Made by a program: the position numbers and the translations under genes | Source: a virus | Taxonomy: Duplodnaviria > Caudoviricetes | Strand: one strand, 5' to 3' | Length of the DNA stretch: 40,408 nucleotides | Virus record (IMG/VR): IMGVR_UViG_3300032280_000539 | Location: 1-40,408 of that record | Notes under the pieces: model-generated | What the model was told of the DNA's origin: nothing | What the model saw: only the letters and a program-made list of their open reading frames with translations | Database searches by the model: none | In this document: piece after piece, positions 26,811-36,051 of the stretch | Numbering within the stretch: position 1 is the stretch's first letter | How the letters are laid out: each line of letters opens with the position of its first letter

Positions 26811-29009
26811 TTGACAAGCTACGACACTAACGACAGCGAAGCGAAGTGCCCGGTTCCGCGCGGGTCGTCTACAGCACGCGGTACAACTAACGAGGGTTGG
26901 TGGCCAGATCAGCTAACCACTGACGCACTAATCCACAATTCTCCAAAGTCTGATCCATACGGTCCAGATTTTGACTACGCCAAGGAGTTCCTATCCCTAG
27001 ACCTCGACGAGGTTAAGGATGACATCTCCGCAGTTCTAGTTGACTCTAAGAGCTGGTGGCCAGCGGACTACGGAAACTACGGTCCGTTTATGATTCGTCT
27101 AGCATGGCACGCCGCTGGGACCTACCGAGTCTCCGACGGACGTGGCGGTGGCGGAGCGGGACTTCAGCGTTTCGCTCCACTTAACTCTTGGCCAGACAAC
27201 GTAAACCTAGACAAGGGTCGCCGTCTACTTTGGCCAGTAAAGCAGAAGTATGGACGCAAGCTCTCTTGGGCTGACCTCTTCATCTTGGCAGGTAACGTTG
27301 CCCTCGAGGACATGGGATTCAAGACCTATGGCTTCGGCGGTGGACGCGCAGATGTTTGGGAGCCAGACAACACCTACTGGGGTTCGGAGACTGAGTGGTT
27401 GGCTAACGGCCGCTATGACGCGACCCGCGAGGCAGGCACACTTGAGAATCCACTTGCAGCTGTGCAGATGGGTCTGATTTACGTAAACCCAGAGGGCCCG
27501 GATGGCGTCCCTGACTTCAAGCTAGCTGCTGCAGACATCCGCGAGACATTCGGCCGTATGGCAATGAATGACGAGGAGACTGTTGCACTTATTGCTGGAG
27601 GCCACGCCTTCGGTAAGACTCACGGTGCAGGTTCTGCAGACCAGGTTGGTGTTGAGCCAGAAGGTGCCCCGATCCACCAGGCTGGACTCGGTTGGGCAAA
27701 CTCACAGGGCAAGGGCCACTCGGAGGACACCATCTCTTCTGGTCTAGAAGTTACTTGGACTCCAAACCCGACCCAGTGGGACAACGACTACCTACGCATG
27801 ATCTACGCTTACGACAACTGGGAGCTTGAAGAGTCTCCAGCTGGTGCTAAGCAGTGGCGTCCAGTTGCAGACGAAATCAACCTAGCTCCTCACGCTCACC
27901 TTGAGAATGAGTTTGTTGAGATTCGCATGCTAACCACCGACCTAGCCCTGCGCTTTGGCGACGAGACTTACAACGACATCTGCCAGAAGTTCCTTGCAGA
28001 CTTTGACTACTTCTCTGATGTCTTCGCGAAGGCTTGGTACAAGCTGACTCACCGTGATATGGGCCCTAAGGTTCGTTACTTAGGTGCCGAGGTTCCAGAG
28101 CGTGAGCTACTGTGGCAGGACCCAATTCCAGGATCCCGCTCGGCTGCAATCTACCTAACAGAGGACCAGCGTGCAGAACTTAAGGACTTGATCCTAGAAA
28201 CTGGTATTCCAGCTTCTAAGCTAATCAAGACTGCGTGGGCGTCTGCGTCAACCTTCCGCAACACCGACAAGCGCGGTGGAGCGAATGGTGGTCGCATCAC
28301 TCTAGAGCCTCAGGTTTCTTGGGAAGTCAACGAGCCAGAGATCCTAGAAGAAGTAATCACTGCACTCAAGGAAATCAGACGCAAGTTCAAGACTTCCATG
28401 ACGCTAGCTGACCTTATTGTCTTTGCTGGCACCATTGCGGTTGAAATCTCGATCGAAGACAACGGAGTAGATACCTACGAAGTTCCATTCCTAGGCGGCC
28501 GTGGTGACGCAACTCAGGCCGATACTGACGTTGAGTCTTTCAACCACCTACGTCCAGTTGCTGACGGTTTCCGCAACTATGCTCCAAGACACGAAGACAT
28601 CGCAGAGCGTCTACTTCTAGAGAAGGCAGCCCTACTTGGCTTGACTCCTCCAGAGTTGACAGTTCTTGTTGGCGGTCTACGCGTCCTCGGTGCAAACCAC
28701 GGCGACTCCACTCACGGTGTTCTTACGGAAACTCCTGGCGTTCTAAACAACGCCTTCTTCCGTAACCTCCTTGACAACGAGATCGCTTGGGCACCTAAGG
28801 CTGACCTTCCGGGCGTCTACGGTTCTCACGCATACGCCGACGGAGAGCGCAAGTGGACCGCGACTCGTGCAGACCTAGTGTTTGCATCGAACTCTGTTCT
28901 ACGTGCACTGGCAGAGGTTTACGCCTCTGACGATGCCGGCCGCAAGTTCATCCTCGATTTCATCGCGGCTTGGACCAAGGTTATGAACGCCGACAGATTC
29001 GATTTATAA
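26811..29009 (+). CDS. katG: Catalase-peroxidase
   Basis: [56 protein letters not shown]-terminal KVMNADRFD. Confidence 0.97.
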   Translation: MTSYDTNDSEAKCPVPRGSSTARGTTNEGWWPDQLTTDALIHNSPKSDPYGPDFDYAKEFLSLDLDEVKDDISAVLVDSKSWWPADYGNYGPFMIRLAWHAAGTYRVSDGRGGGGAGLQRFAPLNSWPDNVNLDKGRRLLWPVKQKYGRKLSWADLFILAGNVALEDMGFKTYGFGGGRADVWEPDNTYWGSETEWLANGRYDATREAGTLENPLAAVQMGLIYVNPEGPDGVPDFKLAAADIRETFGRMAMNDEETVALIAGGHAFGKTHGAGSADQVGVEPEGAPIHQAGLGWANSQGKGHSEDTISSGLEVTWTPNPTQWDNDYLRMIYAYDNWELEESPAGAKQWRPVADEINLAPHAHLENEFVEIRMLTTDLALRFGDETYNDICQKFLADFDYFSDVFAKAWYKLTHRDMGPKVRYLGAEVPERELLWQDPIPGSRSAAIYLTEDQRAELKDLILETGIPASKLIKTAWASASTFRNTDKRGGANGGRITLEPQVSWEVNEPEILEEVITALKEIRRKFKTSMTLADLIVFAGTIAVEISIEDNGVDTYEVPFLGGRGDATQADTDVESFNHLRPVADGFRNYAPRHEDIAERLLLEKAALLGLTPPELTVLVGGLRVLGANHGDSTHGVLTETPGVLNNAFFRNLLDNEIAWAPKADLPGVYGSHAYADGERKWTATRADLVFASNSVLRALAEVYASDDAGRKFILDFIAAWTKVMNADRFDL

Positions 29010-29131
29010 TTAAATAGATAGAAGGGCAATAGCCCACGCTGCAGGGAAACCTGTGAGCCCCCGTGGTGCTCCGGACGGTGCACGGCGGGGGTTCGTCACA
29101 TCTGGCTTCCAGTTTCTGATAAAATGTACTC

Positions 29132-29788
29132 ATGCCAGAACTAAACGCAAACATTCCGCCTATCCAAGCCTACGTTCGCGGTAATTATCTCCGTGATCAA
29201 GAAGACTCTCACGACAAGTATTTCCCTGTCACTATTTTTGGTGTAGCAAGTATTCAGGGTCGCTCTCCGCTCTTTCACTTTCTTATGGAAGACGGTGGCT
29301 TATGGTGGCGCATGCCTATCTCGGCATTCTGCTCGGAGCCTGGCGTACCAGAGGTAGACATACATAACCTTGTTCTTTGGAATGCGTTTAGCCCTTACGT
29401 TGCAGTTACGCAGTTCCACAACATGATCAACATGAAGATGCAGTACATCGATCGAGACAAGAATAAGATCGAAGGAAAGTATTTGTTCACTCTCGACTGG
29501 CACGCACCAGAGAGAAATATTCTTGACACTGCGTACTCAGAGACTCCAGCCGAACACAAATGCGGCCACGTTATTCTTCGTGATGACGGCAACTTCGCAG
29601 TTCAGCCAAATAACCGAGTTCTTCTTTTCGAGCCGTCTATGGTCACAAAAGCAGACGATGGTCTACTGATTCACCGTTTGGTTAACACCCGTAAGTGGGA
29701 TGTTGAAGATGCATCTAAGTGGGTAACTGAAGATTCCAATAGCTACAACTATGGCATTAAGAAGCGCTCTAAGAAAAACGAACAGTAG
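29132..29788 (+). CDS. Phage hypothetical protein
   Basis: LNANIPP, RMPISAF, YLFTLDW, EHKCGH, AVQPNNR; leaderless start. Confidence 0.8.
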   Translation: MPELNANIPPIQAYVRGNYLRDQEDSHDKYFPVTIFGVASIQGRSPLFHFLMEDGGLWWRMPISAFCSEPGVPEVDIHNLVLWNAFSPYVAVTQFHNMINMKMQYIDRDKNKIEGKYLFTLDWHAPERNILDTAYSETPAEHKCGHVILRDDGNFAVQPNNRVLLFEPSMVTKADDGLLIHRLVNTRKWDVEDASKWVTEDSNSYNYGIKKRSKKNEQ

Positions 29789-29823
29789 TCTACATAGCTC
29801 TAGCAAGCTAGTACACTATATCT

Positions 29824-31251
29824 ATGGGTAAAAGTATTATGGAGCTTCTGGCAGCCCTGCCAGATCAAGAGCGCTTCGAGGCAATGCAGGGACTAGACCC
29901 AGACAATCTAATTTGGGACTGGTCCGTTTGGGCGCGCCCAGAGCAGCTCCCTCCACCAGATGTCGACTGGAACGTTTGGCTTGTTCTCGCCGGCCGTGGT
30001 TTTGGTAAAACCCGCCTAGCTTCCGAGTGGGTCCGCGAGATGGCCAAGTACACCACTGAAGGTCAGCGCCGTTTTGCACTTGTTGCTCGTACTGCCGCTG
30101 ACGTACGTGATGTTATCGTTGAAGGTGAATCGGGAATCATCAACGTTTCCCCTCCTTCAGAGAAGCCGCTCTACGAGCCTTCAAAGCGTCGTCTAACTTG
30201 GCCTAACGGAAATACCGCCACCCTCTTCACCGCCGATGAGCCTGACGGTCTCCGTGGTCCTCAGTTCACCCACGCATGGGGCGATGAGATTGCAGCTTGG
30301 CGTCAGACCCCAGACGCTGCTGGTATGACCGCCTTCGACAACCTTCGCGTTGGTACTCGTCTTGGCAAGAACCCGCAGATCCTTGTGACCACCACACCTA
30401 AGCGTGTCCCGCTTCTTTATAAGCTCATCGAAGAGTCTCGCATGGATAAGCAAGGCGGATCTAAGGTTGTAGTTACTCGCGGTTCTACCCTAGACAACGC
30501 TGGAAACCTTTCCGGTGCGTATCTTGACACCATTATGGGCGTCTACGAAGGCACAACCCTAGCTCGCCAAGAGCTTTACGGTGAGATGCTTGACGATGTT
30601 GAAGGAGCTCTTTGGAATGAAGAAATGGTTGAGGCAGCTAGAGAGAATATGTACCCTCACTCTACTCCGCTTCGTGTTATCGGCGTGGACCCTTCGGTTG
30701 CTGAGAATCCCCGCGACGAGTGCGGTATTATCGTCTGCGCGGCTACTGCAGAACACGACCTCTATAAGCGCAATGCTTGGGTTCTTGAGGACGCTTCAAT
30801 TCACGGATCCCCGGACACCTGGGCCCGTAAAGTTGTGGAAATGGCTCGCAAGTGGGGTTGTCCCGTTGTTGCCGAAGTTAATCAGGGAGGCGCGCTCGTT
30901 AAGAATGCCATCCTCTCGATTGACCCAACCATTAAAGTCTTGGAAGTTCACTCGAAGTACGGAAAGCAGCTAAGAGCCGAGCCAATTGTTCTCGCTTACG
31001 AGCAGGCACGTGTTCACCACGTTGGCTACCTTCAAGACCTAGAGTCTCAGATGTATTCTTGGATCCCAGAAAGCTCCTCCAAGTCCCCGGACCGCGTGGA
31101 CGCGCTAGTTCACGCACTCACTGCGCTCCTAATTAAGCCTCCTCCAGGCTTCTCGGGCGGAAAACTACGTGCAAAGAGCCTCGCAGATCGTAAAATGGGA
31201 GTAGCAACCCCAAACACTGGCCGCGTTGGTCGCGTCTTTAAGGTTAGATAG
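29824..31251 (+). CDS. terL: Terminase large subunit
   Basis: AGRGFGKT Walker A, LRGPQF...WGDE Walker B, TTTP, GVDP nuclease Asp, SPDRVDA. Confidence 0.95.
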   Translation: MGKSIMELLAALPDQERFEAMQGLDPDNLIWDWSVWARPEQLPPPDVDWNVWLVLAGRGFGKTRLASEWVREMAKYTTEGQRRFALVARTAADVRDVIVEGESGIINVSPPSEKPLYEPSKRRLTWPNGNTATLFTADEPDGLRGPQFTHAWGDEIAAWRQTPDAAGMTAFDNLRVGTRLGKNPQILVTTTPKRVPLLYKLIEESRMDKQGGSKVVVTRGSTLDNAGNLSGAYLDTIMGVYEGTTLARQELYGEMLDDVEGALWNEEMVEAARENMYPHSTPLRVIGVDPSVAENPRDECGIIVCAATAEHDLYKRNAWVLEDASIHGSPDTWARKVVEMARKWGCPVVAEVNQGGALVKNAILSIDPTIKVLEVHSKYGKQLRAEPIVLAYEQARVHHVGYLQDLESQMYSWIPESSSKSPDRVDALVHALTALLIKPPPGFSGGKLRAKSLADRKMGVATPNTGRVGRVFKVR

Positions 31252-31610
31252 TGAAAATACTTCTAGATAGATTCCCTTGCCACTTAGCGGCCATTGCCGC
31301 CGGTGAAGTTGATGATGTATCCACGATGACTAGCTTCGAACCCACTCCCGGGTCCACGTATCTAGAGATAACTAGGGTTATTGTTACCGATGAGCAGGTT
31401 ATCGTTGCTAAAGACGGCCATGACGGGCCTCAGATTGTATTCCAAGAAAAATACGAGACGTTTATACCGTCTGAAAAGTCAATTGAAGACTCTTTTGTTG
31501 TCACTTCCTCTGGAAAAATGCTAGTATTCAAGAAAGATACGGGTTGCGGTTGCGGATCACGCCTCAGAGGTTGGAATCCATACAAGACCTTGAACTCGAT
31601 TAAGGATTAA
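31251..31610 (+). CDS. Hypothetical protein
   Basis: Coupled to terL; GCGCGS. Confidence 0.7.
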   Translation: MKILLDRFPCHLAAIAAGEVDDVSTMTSFEPTPGSTYLEITRVIVTDEQVIVAKDGHDGPQIVFQEKYETFIPSEKSIEDSFVVTSSGKMLVFKKDTGCGCGSRLRGWNPYKTLNSIKD

Positions 31611-31611
31611 A

Positions 31612-31902
31612 ATGGAAATTACAGCAATAACTTTTGTAATTTTGGCGCTTGCAGCGTTCAGATTGACTCATTTGGTCACAACTGATGCAATTGCCGATGG
31701 TTTTCGCACAAAAGTGTGGAAAAAGTTTCCACCAAGCACAAAAATTGGCTATTTAATCACTTGTAACTGGTGCACAGGCTTCTGGGTGTCTATTTTTCTA
31801 GTTATTTCTTATCTAGTTTTACCTGTTGCCACGCTTGTGGTATCATTAGTCTTGGCTATTTCTGCTTCAATCGGGCTAATCTCCGCTTGGATTGAGCGAT
31901 AA
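31612..31902 (+). CDS. DUF1360-like membrane protein
   Basis: LAAFRLTHLVTTD.I...GYLITCNWCTGFW. Confidence 0.8.
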   Translation: MEITAITFVILALAAFRLTHLVTTDAIADGFRTKVWKKFPPSTKIGYLITCNWCTGFWVSIFLVISYLVLPVATLVVSLVLAISASIGLISAWIER

Positions 31903-31919
31903 CAGATAGGGAGCCCATT

Positions 31920-33680
31920 TTGGGTATTTTCAGAAAAGATGACGCAAGATCGAGTGATCCTCGACCAAACTTGCGTGCTTCGGCCCCAAAAACAGCCACT
32001 CGTGTTGCTCCAGGGGTCACAATCGACTCTTTTGGCATCGTTCGTGCAGAGCCTCAGACCTTTGATGCCCCTCGTCCGCTAACTGCAGCTGCTGCTCAGG
32101 TAAACCTACAAGACAAAGGCGAAGCAGAGCTATTCAAAGCTCGTCGTCAGTCCGCTTCTACCTCTTGGCAGAGCGAAGCATGGGAGTATTACGACTCTAT
32201 CGGCGAGATTAAGTACGCTTTCAACCTAGTTGCGTCTGTTGTCTCCCGTATTCGTCTTTATGCAGCTGCAATTCAGAACCCGAGCGAAGCTCCTGCCCCT
32301 ATTGACTCTGTTACCAAGGTTGATGACCGCCTAGCTGCTGCTGCCCAGCGTGCCCTAGACCGTTTAAGCTCTGCTTATGGTGGACAGCCTGGTCTTCTCA
32401 AGGATGCTGCCCTAAATATTCAGGTTGCAGGAGAGTGCTACTTGGTTCAGATCCCAGAGCGCATCGGCTCCGGACTGCCAGAGACTTGGGATATCCGGTC
32501 TGTTGACGAGCTACAGGTTGACTCTAAGGGTAACTACATCATCAACCCTAGACGCGATGTTGGTGGCGGCTCTTCTTCACTGATGTCTCAGGGCAACAAG
32601 GATGCAATTGCTCTTCCGAAGCAGGCTTATGTTGGCCGCATTTGGCGAGCACACCCTCGGTACAGCCAAGAGTCGGACTCTTCACTACGCGGCCTACTGG
32701 ATCTTTGCGCCGAGCTTCTGCTTCTGAACCGCACCTTCCGTGCGACCGCACGTTCACGCCTAAACGCTGGTGCTCTTTACTTGCCAGATGGTCTTTCAGT
32801 AGCTGCGTCTCCAGACCCAGACTACCCATACGATGAAGACGGCAACTACAACGAAACCTACAATCCGGAAGAAGCTGCCGACGACTTCGAAGATCAGCTA
32901 ATCGACGCGATGACCACTCCGATTAAGGACGAGGATTCAGCGAGCGCCGTTGTTCCACTTATTATTCGAGGACCTGCAGAACTTGGCGACAAGATCAAGC
33001 AGTTCAAGTTCGAGCGTTCCTTCGACCCGGCTCTTGCTCAGCGTTCAGACCGAGTACTAGAGCGCATCATGCAGGGCCTAGACGTTCCAAAGGACGTTGT
33101 AACTGGACTTGCCAACGTTAAGTACTCCAACGCCCTACAGATCGATGAAGCCCTCTACAAGGCGCACATCGAGCCTCTGATGCTGCTTATCGTTGACGCG
33201 CTCACAGTTATGTACTTGCGTCCATATCTAATCGCAAACGGCTACTCACCTGAGGAAGTAAAGAACGTTTGCATCTGGTATGACCCAAGCCTGGTTGCCA
33301 CCCGTAATGACCGTGCTGCTGACGCAGACATGGGATTTGACAAGATGGCAGTGTCGTTTGACACTTGGCGTCGTGCACACGGATTCTCGGAGGCTGATGC
33401 TCCTGACGCTAAGGAGCTAGCACTTCGACTAATCATCTCCAAGGGTATGGTTACCCCTGAGCTTACCGAGGGCATGCTGTCTGCTGTTGCTCCAGAAGTT
33501 ATGGGCCAGATTAGGCAGCAGGCTATGCAACAGAGCGGCGCTCCTATCCCACCAGAGATTGATCAGCTACTACAAGGAGGAGAGCCTGCCGCCGCTCCCG
33601 AAGCAGGACAAGCTCCATCCTCACCAGAAGCTATAACCCCAGCAGAAGCAACTCCACCACTAGCAGAGCCAGAGGTTTAA
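31920..33680 (+). CDS. Portal protein (actinophage type)
   Basis: Position after terL/DUF1360; WQSEAWEYYD.IGE, GECYL, RIWR.HP, SRL.AG. Confidence 0.8.
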   Translation: MGIFRKDDARSSDPRPNLRASAPKTATRVAPGVTIDSFGIVRAEPQTFDAPRPLTAAAAQVNLQDKGEAELFKARRQSASTSWQSEAWEYYDSIGEIKYAFNLVASVVSRIRLYAAAIQNPSEAPAPIDSVTKVDDRLAAAAQRALDRLSSAYGGQPGLLKDAALNIQVAGECYLVQIPERIGSGLPETWDIRSVDELQVDSKGNYIINPRRDVGGGSSSLMSQGNKDAIALPKQAYVGRIWRAHPRYSQESDSSLRGLLDLCAELLLLNRTFRATARSRLNAGALYLPDGLSVAASPDPDYPYDEDGNYNETYNPEEAADDFEDQLIDAMTTPIKDEDSASAVVPLIIRGPAELGDKIKQFKFERSFDPALAQRSDRVLERIMQGLDVPKDVVTGLANVKYSNALQIDEALYKAHIEPLMLLIVDALTVMYLRPYLIANGYSPEEVKNVCIWYDPSLVATRNDRAADADMGFDKMAVSFDTWRRAHGFSEADAPDAKELALRLIISKGMVTPELTEGMLSAVAPEVMGQIRQQAMQQSGAPIPPEIDQLLQGGEPAAAPEAGQAPSSPEAITPAEATPPLAEPEV

Positions 33681-33681
33681 T

Positions 33682-34137
33682 ATGAACACGCCAAAACTCG
33701 ACATTGCACAGAAACTCGCGGGGGTTTTGTCTGATACTGTCACCGCAAAGTACATCCTTCAGGGATATCACTGGAACGTACTTGGCCCCGACTTCGGCGA
33801 GTATCACGAGTTCTTTGGAACTCTCTACGAGGACGTAGACTCTTCGATTGATCCGCTGGCTGAAAACATTCTGAAGGTTGGCTACCCTGCTCCCTACCTG
33901 CTGAGTGATTTTGTAGAGATGTCTACAATCAAAGAAGAGCGTCAGGACGGATCCTCTACTCACTTTATGCTTCAGTCTACTCTTCGTGTTTTAGAGAAGC
34001 TATACGCTTGCCACCTAGAGGCCTTCCACATCGCTGATCAGCACGACCTTCAAGGTCTGATGGACTTCTTAGCCACGCGTATTGACATGTACGCCAAGTG
34101 GGTTTGGCAAACAAAGGCATACCTAGGAGTTCGCTAA
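33682..34137 (+). CDS. dps: Dps family ferritin-like protein
   Basis: HWNVLGPDF..YHEFF..LY.....IDPLAENI ferroxidase signature. Confidence 0.9.
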   Translation: MNTPKLDIAQKLAGVLSDTVTAKYILQGYHWNVLGPDFGEYHEFFGTLYEDVDSSIDPLAENILKVGYPAPYLLSDFVEMSTIKEERQDGSSTHFMLQSTLRVLEKLYACHLEAFHIADQHDLQGLMDFLATRIDMYAKWVWQTKAYLGVR

Positions 34138-34139
34138 TC

Positions 34140-35996
34140 ATGGCTGAATATATCGACAATGTTCTTAAGGCCTATGGCGGCCACGCCGCGCCAGCAGAGA
34201 ACCTAGAGCTACCAGACGAGTACAGCGAAGAGTTTCTAGGATTTACAGAAGAAGATTTAGCCACTATTGCGGAGCTACAAGAGCTAGACGACAACGAAAG
34301 CTTTGACGACTACGATCCTATTCTTTCTGGTGGCGTCCTTGTTCCCGAAGAGCAGGACCTTGCTGAAGCACTACTCGAAGTTGTAGAGAAGTACGGAAAA
34401 TTCAATGACGATAACACCGGCGTTTGGGCTGGCTATGACTCCGCTGAGAAGAATGTAGAAAATGCTGCTATTGGCGTTAAGTGCGGTAATTGTATTTTCT
34501 GGGAAGCCCCTAACGGCTGCAAGCTGATTGTTGCCGAAACCGAAGAAGGCGGTCTCTGCCGCTTTGCTATTTTGCCAGATGGCGCTGTAACTGCAGACGC
34601 TGATTATGGTGACGCATGCCCACCCGCGACTCAGGACATCCAGCTCAACCTAACCAACCGACAGAATGCTATCGACAATGTTGGCTATGGTCCGCTAAAC
34701 CCGGCTCAGCCAAATGACGTCTTCTGGCAAGACAAGGCTGACCGCTGGAAGACAACAGTTCGCGAAGCTAAGTCCGCCGTCTGTGGAAACTGTATCTTCT
34801 TTGATCGCCGCCCAAAAACTTTGGACTGTATCGAGTCTGGAATTGCTGAAGGTGGTTCTGGAGATCAGAGCGCTTGGGACGCTATTGACCAGGCTGAGCT
34901 TGGCTACTGCACCGCTCTAGACTTTAAGTGTGCTGCCTCAAGAACTTGTAACGCATGGGCTGCAGGCGGACCAGTTACCGAGGACTCTGTCACTGCAACC
35001 GCAGGGTCGAAGCCGGCCCCTAAGAAGGATCAAATTAAGGGCTCCAGCAAGAACAAGAAGGGCTCTGCCGGATCTGGCAAGGGCGTAACCTTCTCGAAGA
35101 AAATTGAAGAAAGCCTGTCAAAGAAGGCAAGAGAGCACAACCTAAAAGCTAAAGACGGTCGCAAAACCTCTCTTAGGACTCTTAAAGCTGTATATCGCCG
35201 TGGTGCCGGAGCGTTCTCGACCAGCCACCGCCCGGATCAGAATCGCAACTCATGGGCTATGGCTCGCGTAAATGCGTTCCTCAAGCTACTGAGGTCTGGC
35301 AGTCCTTCTAACCCTAAGTACACCACTGACAATGACCTGCTTCCAGCTGGTCACCCTAAATCCTCGAAGACCGCCTCAGGTGTTTTAGCCGCTGCGACAG
35401 AGCCTCTAATTGAAAGTGAATCACCTATGAATATGACAAATGATCCATGCTGGGACGGCTACAAGCAGGTTGGCATGAAAGACAAGAACGGCAACCGCGT
35501 ACCTAACTGCGTACCATCCGCGTCTACTCTTGATTATGTTATTGCTTCGGCAAACGAAGAGTTTGGTGTGGCCAGACAGCTTGCCCCTGAAACGGCTTAC
35601 GAAGTTGCTCGAAAGGCCTGCAGCAAGTACGAGTACATCTCTGATGAAGAGCTGTACTCCGCAGTGCTCTGGGATGTAATGAGTTTTGTCGAATACGCAA
35701 CTACAGGCGTGACCGAGGACGAAGAAGAAATGGCCGAATACGCGGGTCTACTGCCTGAAGGCCACCCGGCTACTGAGTCATCGCTAGTTGCATCCCTTCT
35801 TTGGGTAGCTAGCGCTTCAGAGCTAGACAACTCGGGCAGGCAAGTAGTTCTCAAGGCTTTTAGCGATGACTCTGACTACGTTGATTCTCTGCATGCAAGC
35901 ACCCGACTCAAGGTTCTGCTTTCAAGCGGAACTCTATCTGAGACAACAGCTGCCCAGCTAAAAGCAACAGTAAAGCGATACCACCAAGTCGACTAA
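34140..35996 (+). CDS. Multi-module Cys-rich protein in head region (start revised from 34098)
   Basis: AGGAG SD; two CGNCIF modules; LKAVYRRG.GA...WAMARVN; PCWDGYKQVG...VPNCVP. Confidence 0.75.
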   Translation: MAEYIDNVLKAYGGHAAPAENLELPDEYSEEFLGFTEEDLATIAELQELDDNESFDDYDPILSGGVLVPEEQDLAEALLEVVEKYGKFNDDNTGVWAGYDSAEKNVENAAIGVKCGNCIFWEAPNGCKLIVAETEEGGLCRFAILPDGAVTADADYGDACPPATQDIQLNLTNRQNAIDNVGYGPLNPAQPNDVFWQDKADRWKTTVREAKSAVCGNCIFFDRRPKTLDCIESGIAEGGSGDQSAWDAIDQAELGYCTALDFKCAASRTCNAWAAGGPVTEDSVTATAGSKPAPKKDQIKGSSKNKKGSAGSGKGVTFSKKIEESLSKKAREHNLKAKDGRKTSLRTLKAVYRRGAGAFSTSHRPDQNRNSWAMARVNAFLKLLRSGSPSNPKYTTDNDLLPAGHPKSSKTASGVLAAATEPLIESESPMNMTNDPCWDGYKQVGMKDKNGNRVPNCVPSASTLDYVIASANEEFGVARQLAPETAYEVARKACSKYEYISDEELYSAVLWDVMSFVEYATTGVTEDEEEMAEYAGLLPEGHPATESSLVASLLWVASASELDNSGRQVVLKAFSDDSDYVDSLHASTRLKVLLSSGTLSETTAAQLKATVKRYHQVD

Positions 35997-36051
35997 ATTT
36001 TATTAGGGTAAAATTTTAGTTAGATTTCGATATCATTTGTAAAGGATACCC

